Virus record (IMG/VR): IMGVR_UViG_3300033995_001164
Location: 186,001 to 250,000 of that record
Strand: one strand, 5' to 3'
DNA length: 64,000 bases
Part shown: positions 1 to 10,218 of the stretch, in pieces
Position numbering within the stretch: the first letter of the stretch is position 1
Layout: every line of letters begins with the position of its first letter
Notes under the pieces: generated by a model
Seen by the model: only the letters and a program-made list of their open reading frames with translations
The model's database searches: none
Told to the model about the DNA's origin: nothing
Program-made: the position numbers and the translations under genes

Positions 1-711
1 AAACAATTAATAACAACACAAGATTTTTCATTATTAACTAAATCGGACACAATTAAATTCATTAACGCATTTATTAAAAAATGTAATGATAAAAGTCCTT
101 CAATTGGGGGAGTTGTAACTTTTTCATCTAATGCTCAAGACACCAATTTCCCAATATTTTTTAGACCATCAAATTCAATGTATTCATTAATTAATTCAAC
201 CTCATCTAGCATTGAATCAATTAATATTTCTCAAATATATAAAGAGGTTAAATTAAACTCTGCAGACCCAGGAGGTTATGGATTTATTTATGTTAAAGGT
301 AAAGTGACTTTACGTACTCCTTTAGTTCCTGTTAAAGTAGTTGTCCCACAAGATACTTATATTAGTACAGAGTCAACATATGGCGCTATTGGTGCGGATA
401 AATTATATTTGTTGTCTCATCTATCTCAAATACCGGGTAAATCAAAAATAAATTTTGATAATACATTATATGGAATTGATACTAAAAAATTCGCAGATGA
501 CATTGAACCTAATACTTCAAGTATGGTTAGAGGTGAAGAACTTTTAGAATTAATCAGTTTAATTGTTAGATTCTTGGTTAGTCACACACACGCTTATCCA
601 GGATTACCCCCTGTTAATGTCACTCAAGATGGTTCTAACGTTGCAAACATACTTACTGAAATGCAAAATGCCTATACTAAAATACTTAATGAAAATATTC
701 GACTTAATTGA
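1..711 (+). CDS. Baseplate central spike (gp5/gpV-like), C-terminal part, 5'-truncated by the window
   Basis: Frame is open from base 1 into the 178..711 ORF. The C-terminal SHTHAYPGLPP has the HxH tip motif typical of phage spike proteins. Confidence 0.55.
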   Translation, partial: KQLITTQDFSLLTKSDTIKFINAFIKKCNDKSPSIGGVVTFSSNAQDTNFPIFFRPSNSMYSLINSTSSSIESINISQIYKEVKLNSADPGGYGFIYVKGKVTLRTPLVPVKVVVPQDTYISTESTYGAIGADKLYLLSHLSQIPGKSKINFDNTLYGIDTKKFADDIEPNTSSMVRGEELLELISLIVRFLVSHTHAYPGLPPVNVTQDGSNVANILTEMQNAYTKILNENIRLN

Positions 712-732
712 TATTTATAATTAAAAAGATAG

Positions 733-2235
733 ATGTCAATTTTAAGGTCTTATATAGATAAAAACAATACCATTATTTCAAACTCTTATGTTAATACAGG
801 AAGGAACCCTGTTATTGAGTTAAATTTTGGTGCTTCTGATTTAATTGTTCCAAACTTTGGGTATACGAGATTCATCTTCGATTTAGATTTATCTTTACTA
901 CGTCAAAACATTCAATCGGGTGTAATCTCAACAGGTTGTACTACCGGAATGACACATACATTAAACATGACTAATACCTCTTCATTTGATAACGAATTAT
1001 TAAATACTTTCATGTCAAACGAAAGAAGAAGGGCAACCTCATTTGATTTAATCCTATTTAGAATCCCTGAGATTTCCGGAACTACCGGAGGACCTCAACT
1101 ATGGGATGAAGGTGTTGGATTTGATTATAGTGATTTTAATGTTAGTAAAGGAACCTCAAATGGTTCTTCAACCCCACTTACCTATGTTGATAGTCGTGCA
1201 TATTCGTCAAGACCATCTAACTGGTTTCAAACAACCACAATAGATAATTGGTCTCAACCGGGAATATATGACAACACTAATCAAGGGGTTGTTAATTATT
1301 CGGGATTAACTATTGTTAGTCGACAACATTTTGAATTAGGTAATGAAGACTTATATATGGATATGTCCGCCGAAATTAATGGAGTGTTAAATGGAAGTAT
1401 CACAGGAGTTACCGGGTGGGGATTGGCGTATCTCCCTCAAATTGAGAATATTTCAGGTCTTACCGATAGTTATAGTGTTGCATTCTTTTCAAGACAAACC
1501 CAGACGTTTTACCAACCATTCCTACAAACAACATATAATGATTTAATTCAAGACGATAGAAATCAATTTCTAAAAAACCAAGTTAATAAACTTTATCTAT
1601 ATATCTACCAAAATGGGAATTTTGTAAATTTAGATAGAAACCCTATTGTAAACGTTTATACTCGAGATAATTCACTTTGGTCAGGTGCGACCGGATTAAC
1701 TTCTTGTCTAATTACAAAAGGAATATATGAAGTCACTATTCCTAATGTATTTTCAGGATGTGCCGCCCCATGTGTTTTTTACGATGTATGGTCAAACCTT
1801 TCAATAAATGGACAAGGAATACCAAATGTAGAAAATCAATTTATTCTCCAAGAATATACTTCAGGAATACAAATTGGGTCAACATCTAAGGAGCCTCAAA
1901 AATATGGATTTAATTTTTATGGTATATTACAAAATGAAAATATCCTTAATACCGACATCAGGAAAGTTGGGGTAACCATTAAAAAGGCGTATACCGCTCA
2001 ACAAATGTTATTAGATGTTTCTTCATATTATCGAGTATATGTAAAAGAAGGGACGACTGAAGTTTTAGTTCAAGATTGGACCCCAATTAATAGAACACCG
2101 AATGAATATTATTTTATGTTTGACATGAGAGATAAAATACCAAATCAATATTATGTTGATATTCAAGTAAATACATCAGGTGAAAAAGACACCTATAAAA
2201 AACAATTAACCTTTAATATTGTAAATCACAAGTAA
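733..2235 (+). CDS. Putative virion structural protein (500 aa, beta-rich, Ig-like C-terminus)
   Basis: Long ORF rich in T/G/N/S, next to the spike gene and preceded by the ATATTTATA late-type motif at 711-719. Confidence 0.5.
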   Translation: MSILRSYIDKNNTIISNSYVNTGRNPVIELNFGASDLIVPNFGYTRFIFDLDLSLLRQNIQSGVISTGCTTGMTHTLNMTNTSSFDNELLNTFMSNERRRATSFDLILFRIPEISGTTGGPQLWDEGVGFDYSDFNVSKGTSNGSSTPLTYVDSRAYSSRPSNWFQTTTIDNWSQPGIYDNTNQGVVNYSGLTIVSRQHFELGNEDLYMDMSAEINGVLNGSITGVTGWGLAYLPQIENISGLTDSYSVAFFSRQTQTFYQPFLQTTYNDLIQDDRNQFLKNQVNKLYLYIYQNGNFVNLDRNPIVNVYTRDNSLWSGATGLTSCLITKGIYEVTIPNVFSGCAAPCVFYDVWSNLSINGQGIPNVENQFILQEYTSGIQIGSTSKEPQKYGFNFYGILQNENILNTDIRKVGVTIKKAYTAQQMLLDVSSYYRVYVKEGTTEVLVQDWTPINRTPNEYYFMFDMRDKIPNQYYVDIQVNTSGEKDTYKKQLTFNIVNHK

Positions 2236-2680
2236 TGAATAAAATAGTTAAACTAACGGAATCCGATTTAAATAGAATCGTAAAGAAAGTTCTTAAAGAA
2301 CAAGAAGTTGCTGATTATATGTTTTTTAGTAATCTTCAACAAATTAAAAGACAATGTGAAGTCTTATTAGAAATGGACCCTCAACAAATCGATGAAATTA
2401 TTAATGAAGGGGGGCATGATTGGGCGGATGACCATGTAACTGAAGCCAAAAATAATATGGACCAAGTATTTGATTTTTTAATGAATGAAACCAAAAAAGA
2501 ATATATCGATTATGAGGAGGTAAACGAAGGTAAAAAAAAAATGTTGCAACCAATAAAAAATTATGGAAACAATCTTTAGATTGGGCGAGGCAACGATATG
2601 ACGTTTGTCCTAGCGCTTATTGTAATGGTGCTGCCGTCAAACGATACAATTCTAAGGGGGGTAAATGGAAAAAAGAGTAA
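2235..2680 (+). CDS. Leader-bearing virion protein that extends past a -1 frameshift at A10 (2532-2541)
   Basis: N-terminus is MNKIVKLTESDLNRIVKKVLKEQ. The 0 frame stops at 2579; the -1 frame 2540..2680 reads NVATNKKLWKQSLDWARQRYDVCPSAYCNGAAVKRYNSKGGKWKKE, resembling a small conserved phage domain. Confidence 0.6.
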
Positions 2681-2750
2681 TAATACTCTTTTTTTTCCGT
2701 AAAAAATTACATACTTAGACACTTTACCCAAAAACCATATATTTATATAT

Positions 2751-3659
2751 ATGGAAACAAAATATTGTAAAAAATGTGATAATTTTATCCCTATCGGTGA
2801 ATTTCATCAATCACAAAATTCTTCATTGTGTAAATACCATCATAATGAGATTGGTAGAAATAATAAAAAAAAATATCGAAAAGACCCGAAAAACAAAGAA
2901 AAAGAGAGATTAAACTATCACGAAAGAAAAGTTAGACTATGGGCAAATTATCTCCTATCCTCAACCAAAAAAAGAAATTATGAAAATAATTTAACTGTTG
3001 AAGATATTTTAGAGATATATAACAAACAAGAGGGTAAATGTTATTGGTTTAAAATCCCTTTAATCCCTTCAACTATTAAAAAACACCCTCAAAAACCATC
3101 TTTAGATAGAATAGATGGGTTAAAAGGTTATACAAAAGAAAATGTTGTATTATCCTGTTATGCTGCTAATATCGGAAGAAATGAAACTTCAAGTGAAATT
3201 TGGTCTGATTTTTTAGAGGTCTTGTTTAATGGTGTTAATAAAACTGAAAAAAAGATAAATAACGAAGTAATTAAATTAAATAAAAAAATTGAGGAAACCG
3301 ATGACAGGGACGAGTTCGCAATTTATGATGAAAATTTAAATTGTACTGTAGTTAAAAATTTAAATCAATATGCTAGAGATAATAATATTAGCGTAAATAC
3401 TATACATTCAAGTCGGAAAAAAATAAATAGAGTTATTCAAAAAGGATTAATTATATTAAATCGAAGTAAAAAAGAGACCGTGGAAAAACGAATGTATCTA
3501 TTAACATCACCAAACGGTAATAAATACACGGTTCAATCATTACGAAAATTTTGTAATGAAAACAACCTTAATGATAGTGCATTACAAAAAGTGGGAAAAG
3601 GAGAAATTAAACATTATAAAGGTTGGGGATGTGAATATGTGACAAAAATTTTAATTTAA
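2751..3659 (+). CDS. Homing endonuclease (His-Me/HNH-like core, NUMOD-like C-terminal repeats)
   Basis: N-terminal CxxC; CYW...PSLDRID..KGYTKENVVLSC...N core; basic C-terminal DNA-binding repeats. Confidence 0.7.
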   Translation: METKYCKKCDNFIPIGEFHQSQNSSLCKYHHNEIGRNNKKKYRKDPKNKEKERLNYHERKVRLWANYLLSSTKKRNYENNLTVEDILEIYNKQEGKCYWFKIPLIPSTIKKHPQKPSLDRIDGLKGYTKENVVLSCYAANIGRNETSSEIWSDFLEVLFNGVNKTEKKINNEVIKLNKKIEETDDRDEFAIYDENLNCTVVKNLNQYARDNNISVNTIHSSRKKINRVIQKGLIILNRSKKETVEKRMYLLTSPNGNKYTVQSLRKFCNENNLNDSALQKVGKGEIKHYKGWGCEYVTKILI

Positions 3660-3718
3660 AAAGTTTGGTGTATTCAAAAAAATATGTTTACCTTTGTCGA
3701 GTTAAAACACGATAAACT

Positions 3719-4117
3719 ATGAGGCATTTTTTTAGAAAAACGAGATTAAAAATTTACTTGAAATTTAGGGGGATTACCCGAATTAAAATGTCGTCTGTTG
3801 ATAAGAATGAGATAAAATCTTCTGCGATTTGTCGGCGTTTAATATCTCACCCGGATTCTAAATTTTTAATTGCTCCATTATCCCATAAAAGATATATTAA
3901 AAACGACCCATTAGGGATGTTTATTGTTTTATCAAACAATAGAATTAACATCACTAATCACATATATAACTATGATGTTAATTTAAGTCCAGCAATTTCC
4001 GATAAATTAAACGATATGTTTGATAATAAAGTTGAATTGTTAAGACAAACTTTTGAAACTGAAATTAAAAGTCAAATTAAGCATTCTCTTACCACAATAC
4101 TTGAAAAACTTATGTAG
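3719..4117 (+). CDS. Hypothetical protein
   Basis: 132-aa ORF with upstream TACCTTTG host-type promoter element. Confidence 0.6.
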   Translation: MRHFFRKTRLKIYLKFRGITRIKMSSVDKNEIKSSAICRRLISHPDSKFLIAPLSHKRYIKNDPLGMFIVLSNNRINITNHIYNYDVNLSPAISDKLNDMFDNKVELLRQTFETEIKSQIKHSLTTILEKLM

Positions 4118-4553
4118 ATAGTTGTTCTTTAATCACTTTTAAAATTAAACCTCTTAATGATTCATTTTGAGGTTTTTTTATTGGGGTTTTAATTAATCTT
4201 TTTTTAGTCCCATTCCACACCGATTCTGACTCTTTAATTGGATTACCACTTAAAGTGGGATTAACAGCGGAACCCTCTTCATCATTCTGACCTCGGTAAC
4301 TTTGTTTTTGTTTCATTAACAAATGAGACATTTTTTTAGTCTTAGACTCTATCTCTTTTCTTTTTTGGGGGGTTTCCTTATAATCTCCATCCGCCTCTTC
4401 ATAAGCCAATTCTGCATTTGTATAGTGGTAAACTTCATCAGTAAATGGGTCTAATTGTTTTTTTTCCCATATTTGAGGGGCTAAAACAATTGGTGTTTTA
4501 TAATTTCCGGAACTTCCGGAACCTGTTGCTTCATTTATTCTATTTTTTTTCAT
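4110..4553 (-). CDS. Hypothetical protein, probably virion-associated
   Basis: Likely start MKKNRINEA at 4553, with the TATTTATA motif about 10 nt upstream. Confidence 0.55.
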   Translation of the reverse strand: MKKNRINEATGSGSSGNYKTPIVLAPQIWEKKQLDPFTDEVYHYTNAELAYEEADGDYKETPQKRKEIESKTKKMSHLLMKQKQSYRGQNDEEGSAVNPTLSGNPIKESESVWNGTKKRLIKTPIKKPQNESLRGLILKVIKEQLST

Positions 4554-4585
4554 ATACTTAACTATAAATATACAATTAAAGAATA

Positions 4586-4831
4586 ATGGAACAAGAAAGA
4601 CAACCACTAGGGTTATTATTTGATAGCGTGGGATATAACTCCCCTGAAGATGTTGATAGATTAATAGATGACATGACTATTGAACAATCTTTTTATATCT
4701 TAACTCAATCGTTACACTATGTTCATAGTTCTCGATTATTTACGATGCAAGAAACTGAATTAGTTTCAAAATCGTTAAGGATACTACATAAAGTAATGTC
4801 GGGTAATAATGAATCAGAAACAACTGAATAA
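4586..4831 (+). CDS. Hypothetical protein
   Basis: 81-aa ORF followed by a terminator hairpin. Confidence 0.55.
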   Translation: MEQERQPLGLLFDSVGYNSPEDVDRLIDDMTIEQSFYILTQSLHYVHSSRLFTMQETELVSKSLRILHKVMSGNNESETTE

Positions 4832-4860
4832 AAAAAAAAAGGTCTCACGGGACCTTTTTT
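4831..4860. terminator. Bidirectional intrinsic terminator
   Basis: AAAAGGTC-TCACGG-GACCTTTT flanked by A and T tracts, between convergent genes. Confidence 0.7.
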
Positions 4861-4867
4861 TATTTAA

Positions 4868-5716
4868 TTATAGTTTGTTTCCACAAGAAGGACAAAATTT
4901 AAAATTACTTTTTGTTTTGACCCCGCATTCCGTACAGTAATTTCTTATGTCAGAACTTGTTTTGTTTTTAGTACTCAAAGGTTGTATTTGAATTCGAATC
5001 TGATGAGACGCATAATACTCAAATTCTTTATTTGAGTTTTGAAAATGTTGATTTGTTTTTTCACCCTTTTCAACTCTTCCGGTTTCAATACTTTTACTTA
5101 TTGGGGTTTGGGATGAATTGTAAAATGCCGTATTAGTTATACCGGCAGTATTAGTTATACCGGCAGTATTTATGACCCCACTAACATTTGACGATGTGTT
5201 AAATGCCGTTGAAGAAATGCCATTAGTGAAAGTTGAACTACCACAAGTCCCAAAAATTGAATTATCTGTTGTTGTTGAAATAAAGGTTGGATTGTATGTA
5301 CTATTCAATTGATTTAGATTGGTGGTACCGTAACGATAATTATTACTCAATGTTAAATGGTTATTTCGTTTCTCATTGTAGAACTCAATTCGTATGTCCC
5401 CGTTTAAGGCAATTGCCGATTGATTTTCCGAAGTATTATTAACAGTGTAGGTACTGAACTGAAATTTGTTATTTGTGTCGAAGAAACGTTCTAAAAACAC
5501 TCTTTCTCCGGGTCTTAAAACTAAACCACTTTGTGAGATATAATCACCATGTAATTTTATTTTACAAAGAATAGTGTTTTGGGTTGGATTATGAATTTCG
5601 AATTCAAAATTGTCATTGTCTTCCATGAAGACTACGTGTCCGTTATAAACTTTTAGACGCGATTTTTTCTTAGTGATGTGAGCATTTGGTTTGCTCACCG
5701 CAGTTGTGTAATTCAT
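4868..5716 (-). CDS. Hypothetical protein with C-terminal zinc ribbon
   Basis: Ends in CTECG...FKFCPSCGNKL (two CxxC). Confidence 0.65.
   Translation of the reverse strand: MNYTTAVSKPNAHITKKKSRLKVYNGHVVFMEDNDNFEFEIHNPTQNTILCKIKLHGDYISQSGLVLRPGERVFLERFFDTNNKFQFSTYTVNNTSENQSAIALNGDIRIEFYNEKRNNHLTLSNNYRYGTTNLNQLNSTYNPTFISTTTDNSIFGTCGSSTFTNGISSTAFNTSSNVSGVINTAGITNTAGITNTAFYNSSQTPISKSIETGRVEKGEKTNQHFQNSNKEFEYYASHQIRIQIQPLSTKNKTSSDIRNYCTECGVKTKSNFKFCPSCGNKL
5130..5165. repeat. 18-nt tandem duplication (GITNTA x2 in the protein)
   Basis: gtattagttataccggca occurs twice in tandem. Confidence 0.8.
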
Positions 5717-5888
5717 TTTACTTAATTTTATAATAGTTAATGACTATGTTACTGATACCTTTGTGTCCGTGAATACTCTAAAGTCAAATTGACTCGGGAC
5801 CAATAATCTAAAATCTATTAATAAATATATCTGAAAAAATTTTGCAGTGAAGTAAAAAATATTTATTTTTGTAGGAAATATTTAAATT

Positions 5889-6143
5889 ATGAAAAAGTTA
5901 TTATTATTGATTCTACTTATGGGAAGTTTATCGTCATTTTCACAAGTAAAGAAAAAAACCCCTAAACCCAAAAATTTGGATAAAGAGGTTAATCTTTCTT
6001 TAGATTCACTTTCCAAAATTTATAAAAAAAATGTTCTTGTGGTAAAAACATTTATTATAAATGACACATTAAAAAGATATATTGGGTACATTAAAGATGA
6101 TAAATTATACCACGAATTGATTGAAGTAAAACGTATTAACTAA
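5889..6143 (+). CDS. Small exported hypothetical protein
   Basis: MKKLLLLILLMGSLSSFSQ is a Bacteroidota-style signal peptide. Confidence 0.55.
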   Translation: MKKLLLLILLMGSLSSFSQVKKKTPKPKNLDKEVNLSLDSLSKIYKKNVLVVKTFIINDTLKRYIGYIKDDKLYHELIEVKRIN

Positions 6144-7269
6144 TACAACGCCCAATTAAACCATATCCTGTTTTAATTTTATCCGTACCTATTGGGGAAA
6201 ATACTTTAACTTTTTTATCCCCTGATGGTGAGTCAAATGGTATGGTAATGCCTTTATTAGATAAATTATAAATAACAAACTCAGTCTGACCTTGTTCTAT
6301 CATTCTTTTCATCTTCAACAATGGTGGTCCAATTTCATCACCTGATTTTTGATACTGAATTGAATTTGAGTTATTTAATAATTGTCTAACCAAATCATTA
6401 TAATCAGTAACTGTTATTGTTAAAATCTTACTTCCTGAAACGGCCACTGAATTATTAATTTTTAATTTAGTTAAGAAAAAAACAGATAATGGAGTATATT
6501 TCCAATCTTTATATTTGCTAACCTCACTTGTGATATAACCAGTGTCTGTTTCAATGTTACCATCATTTGTCGTGATAATTAACCTATCAGGTATTTGGCC
6601 TGGAGTAAATACCATTTCCCCTTTACCATTCAAGAACTCATCAGTTAAAACATAATTTAATTTTGGGTCTCCCTGACCTGCATTAATTCCTAAATTAAAA
6701 TTACATTTTGTACCTCCACCTTTAATATCAAAGGTTACAAATTGTTCTTGACGATATTTTTTAATTAAATCAGGATTTCTATTATCCCCTTTTGTTTTAT
6801 CATATGGGGTTGACCCTATTTTAACATCTGATTCGGATTTTGGAGTGTTAATTGTTAAAACATTCTTTTTTATTAAATCAGGAAATATTTCATCAAAATA
6901 TTTTTTAACGGAATTAGCCCTTGCCAAACCTAAACTACCTTTAGTCTCAAAACCTTTAGGGTTTGTAACATTAGATTCTCCGGATGAAATATTCACAACA
7001 AATTGACCACCGCCAGAATTTTTAATAAACTCTTCTATTTTAGGTTTTAATGATAATATAACATTTTTAACTTTTTCAGAATCATACTCACCAAATCCAA
7101 AATTATTTCCAATATTTTGAGTTGGGAAAGTTTTTTGTACGGGTGTGTTATTAATATTTTTTGAAATTAATTGTTCGTTAATTAAATATAAATTTTTAGT
7201 CGCACTTTCATGTAAATTAAGAATTCTATTTCTTTCATCCTTGTTAATATCCCAAGTTTGTTTAATCAT
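6136..7269 (-). CDS. Leader-bearing head protein with OmpA-like domain
   Basis: Leader ERNRILNLHESATKNLYLINEQ; SGES...SLGLARANSVKKYF resembles the OmpA-like peptidoglycan-binding motif. Confidence 0.5.
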   Translation of the reverse strand: MIKQTWDINKDERNRILNLHESATKNLYLINEQLISKNINNTPVQKTFPTQNIGNNFGFGEYDSEKVKNVILSLKPKIEEFIKNSGGGQFVVNISSGESNVTNPKGFETKGSLGLARANSVKKYFDEIFPDLIKKNVLTINTPKSESDVKIGSTPYDKTKGDNRNPDLIKKYRQEQFVTFDIKGGGTKCNFNLGINAGQGDPKLNYVLTDEFLNGKGEMVFTPGQIPDRLIITTNDGNIETDTGYITSEVSKYKDWKYTPLSVFFLTKLKINNSVAVSGSKILTITVTDYNDLVRQLLNNSNSIQYQKSGDEIGPPLLKMKRMIEQGQTEFVIYNLSNKGITIPFDSPSGDKKVKVFSPIGTDKIKTGYGLIGRCIS

Positions 7270-7364
7270 TTTTATTTTTAATTATAAATAGTTTAAATTA
7301 TCTTATTAATTTTATTTTGTGAATTACCATAATATCATTATCTTTGTACTCTAAAATAATAGAT

Positions 7365-7967
7365 ATGAAAAAAAAAATTTTATTATTCGTTATTGGTGTT
7401 CTAAGTTTAGTTTCAGAATCTTGTATCTCCCAAAAATTTAAAAATGGTGATATCATATTCCAAACATCAAAATCGTCTCAAAGTAAAATGATTCAAATTA
7501 TTACCGAATCAAAATTAACTCATTGTGGTATAATTTTTTATCAAAACGGAAAACCTTACGTATTTGAAGCGGTTCAACCTGTAAAAATAACACCTTTACA
7601 AAAATGGATTAGTCGTGGTTTTAATGAAAAATATATTGTATCTAGAGTTAAACTCCCATTAACTAATAATCAATTAAAGGAAATGTACGGATATTCCAAA
7701 TCTTTACTTGGTAAAAATTATGATATTAAGTTTGAATGGTCGGATAAAAACATGTATTGCTCAGAATTAGTTTATAAAGTATTTGTTGCTGGAGACCGAT
7801 TTATTGGACGAGCAAAAAAATTCTCCGATTACAACTTAAACAATAAAATTGTTAAAGACGCAATCAAGAGAAGATATGGGGATTCTATTAATCTAAATGA
7901 AATGGTTATTACACCTGTTGATATATATCAAAGTTCTGAACTTAATACAATATACGATAATTACTAA
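7365..7967 (+). CDS. YiiX/YebB-like permuted papain (NlpC/P60) amidase
   Basis: GDIIFQTS...THCGII...YDIKFEWSDKNMYCSELVYK (His before Cys); signal peptide; TATCTTTG promoter upstream. Confidence 0.85.
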   Translation: MKKKILLFVIGVLSLVSESCISQKFKNGDIIFQTSKSSQSKMIQIITESKLTHCGIIFYQNGKPYVFEAVQPVKITPLQKWISRGFNEKYIVSRVKLPLTNNQLKEMYGYSKSLLGKNYDIKFEWSDKNMYCSELVYKVFVAGDRFIGRAKKFSDYNLNNKIVKDAIKRRYGDSINLNEMVITPVDIYQSSELNTIYDNY

Positions 7968-9094
7968 ACTTGGAAGAAACTATCTGATTGGTCTTTAAAA
8001 CTATTTACCACTGAAATTGGGGTTGGGAAACAAAAAGACCCCGTTTGAATCCCTCCTGATTTAGCTACATCACGATTGAACGTACCACAATTAGCGTCCT
8101 CGTCACCAATAGAGAAATCAAGAGCACTGTATTCTCTTTGCTTTACCGATGCATAATCAATTGCCCCGGATGGGTTTGGTAATTTAACGACCGCAACAGT
8201 CATTGACATTGTTGGTCCCGGTGGATAAGTTTTTTGTTTTGCCAATTTTGATACTTGTTTAGGGTTTAGTAGTTGACCATCTTTAATTTTACCTACTCTA
8301 CCTAATGGGTGGGATAACACTTTACCATACCCTTTTTTAGAACCAGGGTATCTACCAAATTCATAACAAGTTGCATTACCGTCCGGTGATATTATAATAC
8401 AACCACCGTGACCTAATTTACCATAAGTACCTTCTTTACCACCACCTGACGTAACTCTAACTAAAGAACCAAGTAATTGAGATAAACCACTTTTCCCATC
8501 AATTTTAGGTTGATATTCGGGGAATGCCCATATTAACATAAACCCACCGTTTTTTGACGGTGAAGTTACTTTATTAGTTTTATTACCTTTAATCTTATCT
8601 AATCTTCTATCTTTCCCTAAACTAACTCTAGTATTATCAATTTCGGTTGGATTTAATTCCGGTTTAAGTTTAAATTTATCTGAACCTATAGATGTCTGAG
8701 TTTTTTTCTTTACTGGTTGTACTTTAGTTTGACCAACAACGGGAGGTGTTACTGTGTTTATAACAGGAATTTTTTCATTATATATTTTACCCTTTATTGA
8801 ATTAATTGACTTAGGGTTATTTGCTAAGACCCAATTAGGGTTGTCCCCATCCGACGATTTAGCGTAATAATAATCATTCCCCATTTTACCGTAAACATAA
8901 GGGTCTCCCACATTACCTTTTTTGATTATGGCTCCTTGAGTGTTTTGAAGATTTTGAGGACCAACTTGTGGTTGTGTGGGTAGTCCCATATCTAAAGTAG
9001 GTTGTTCGGATAAATATTGTCTTTTAGTCGCAGACTCGTGAAGATTTAAAATTCGGTCTTTTTCTTCATTATTAATTAAAAATAAATTATTCAT
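7964..9094 (-). CDS. Leader-bearing head protein with putative permuted papain-like C-terminal domain
   Basis: Leader EEKDRILNLHESATKRQYLSEQ; GHGGCIII...YEFGRY...ANCGTF. Confidence 0.45.
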   Translation of the reverse strand: MNNLFLINNEEKDRILNLHESATKRQYLSEQPTLDMGLPTQPQVGPQNLQNTQGAIIKKGNVGDPYVYGKMGNDYYYAKSSDGDNPNWVLANNPKSINSIKGKIYNEKIPVINTVTPPVVGQTKVQPVKKKTQTSIGSDKFKLKPELNPTEIDNTRVSLGKDRRLDKIKGNKTNKVTSPSKNGGFMLIWAFPEYQPKIDGKSGLSQLLGSLVRVTSGGGKEGTYGKLGHGGCIIISPDGNATCYEFGRYPGSKKGYGKVLSHPLGRVGKIKDGQLLNPKQVSKLAKQKTYPPGPTMSMTVAVVKLPNPSGAIDYASVKQREYSALDFSIGDEDANCGTFNRDVAKSGGIQTGSFCFPTPISVVNSFKDQSDSFFQV

Positions 9095-9095
9095 A

Positions 9096-9545
9096 TTATT
9101 TTGGTGTTGAAACTGTTGTTGGAATTTGTGGTGCGTTAATTTGTGGTGCCGGTTGTTGTGTAGTTTCGGCGGGTTTTAAATCTGATTCAACGGGTTTAAG
9201 TTGTAATTTGTTGATTGCGACAATATTTTTATAAATTGCATTTGCTGTTTTTGGACCATATAAACCATCAGCAATTAATCCCGATTGAAATTTATCGTTT
9301 AATAATTGTTGTAATACCTGAACTCTTGGATTTTTAACCCCCATTTTAATTGGTTGAACGTTATTTGTTGGAGGTGGTGGTGTAGGCGCCACAGGTGTCT
9401 CAGGTGTGGTAGTTGTGGTTGCGGGTACTGCAGTTGTAGGTGCGGCAACCGGAGTTGATTGTTCTGAAACAACAATACCTCTTTTATACCCTAATAGGTA
9501 TTTCATATTTTCAATCTCTTCTGATATAATTTTTTTCATCTCCAT
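9096..9545 (-). CDS. Leader-bearing protein with peptidoglycan-binding domain
   Basis: MGVKNPRVQVLQQLL...IADGLYGPKTANAI matches PG_binding_1 pattern; leader ends VVSEQ. Confidence 0.7.
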   Translation of the reverse strand: MEMKKIISEEIENMKYLLGYKRGIVVSEQSTPVAAPTTAVPATTTTTPETPVAPTPPPPTNNVQPIKMGVKNPRVQVLQQLLNDKFQSGLIADGLYGPKTANAIYKNIVAINKLQLKPVESDLKPAETTQQPAPQINAPQIPTTVSTPK

Positions 9546-9549
9546 AATA

Positions 9550-10188
9550 TTATTGGCTTAACAAATCAATCATTTTTTCAACATTAAGAGAATCAAGATT
9601 ACCTGTTTGGTTTTGACCTAACAATTTTTGAATTTCCTTGGTTGTTCTTTGAGTTTGTTGTGTTATTTGTTGTCTTCTTTGTTGAATCTTTTGTTGTTGA
9701 ACCATTTTAGGGTCAACTACTTGTGTTTTTGTTTTCGTTGCCGGTTTTTCTTTTTTAGGGTTTGTTATTGGTGTTGTTGAAGTCACCTTAAATGTTCCTT
9801 TATTTAACCAATCACCAGTTTTTGATATATCGGCAGTACTTTGAATTCCTATCGATTTTAAATGGGCGATAATTGATTTCATTCCCGGAACATCAATTGT
9901 CTCCCCATTAATCATAGAAGGTATATCGGAATATCCACCACCTTGTAACGCTAATTGAGCATTTACTGCATTATATGTTGGTATGTCCTTAATTTGAGAT
10001 ATCCAAGCAGGTAGTCCTGATGTTAAAGTTGTGTTTGTTCCAGGTCCACGAAAACCGGCGTATAAGTTTCTAGCAATTTTTTGAGCCTCAGTTTCTTGTT
10101 CTGTTAAGTATTGTTTCTTCGCAGCACTTTCGTGAATACTTAAGATTCTATTTTTTTCCTCTTCATCCAAGAAATATAATTTTTCCAT
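9550..10188 (-). CDS. Leader-bearing head protein, weak annexin-like repeat
   Basis: Leader EEEKNRILSIHESAAKKQYLTEQ; IARNLYAGFRGPGT resembles the start of an annexin repeat. Confidence 0.45.
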   Translation of the reverse strand: MEKLYFLDEEEKNRILSIHESAAKKQYLTEQETEAQKIARNLYAGFRGPGTNTTLTSGLPAWISQIKDIPTYNAVNAQLALQGGGYSDIPSMINGETIDVPGMKSIIAHLKSIGIQSTADISKTGDWLNKGTFKVTSTTPITNPKKEKPATKTKTQVVDPKMVQQQKIQQRRQQITQQTQRTTKEIQKLLGQNQTGNLDSLNVEKMIDLLSQ

Positions 10189-10218
10189 AAAATATTTTAT
10201 TTATAAATATCCAATATT

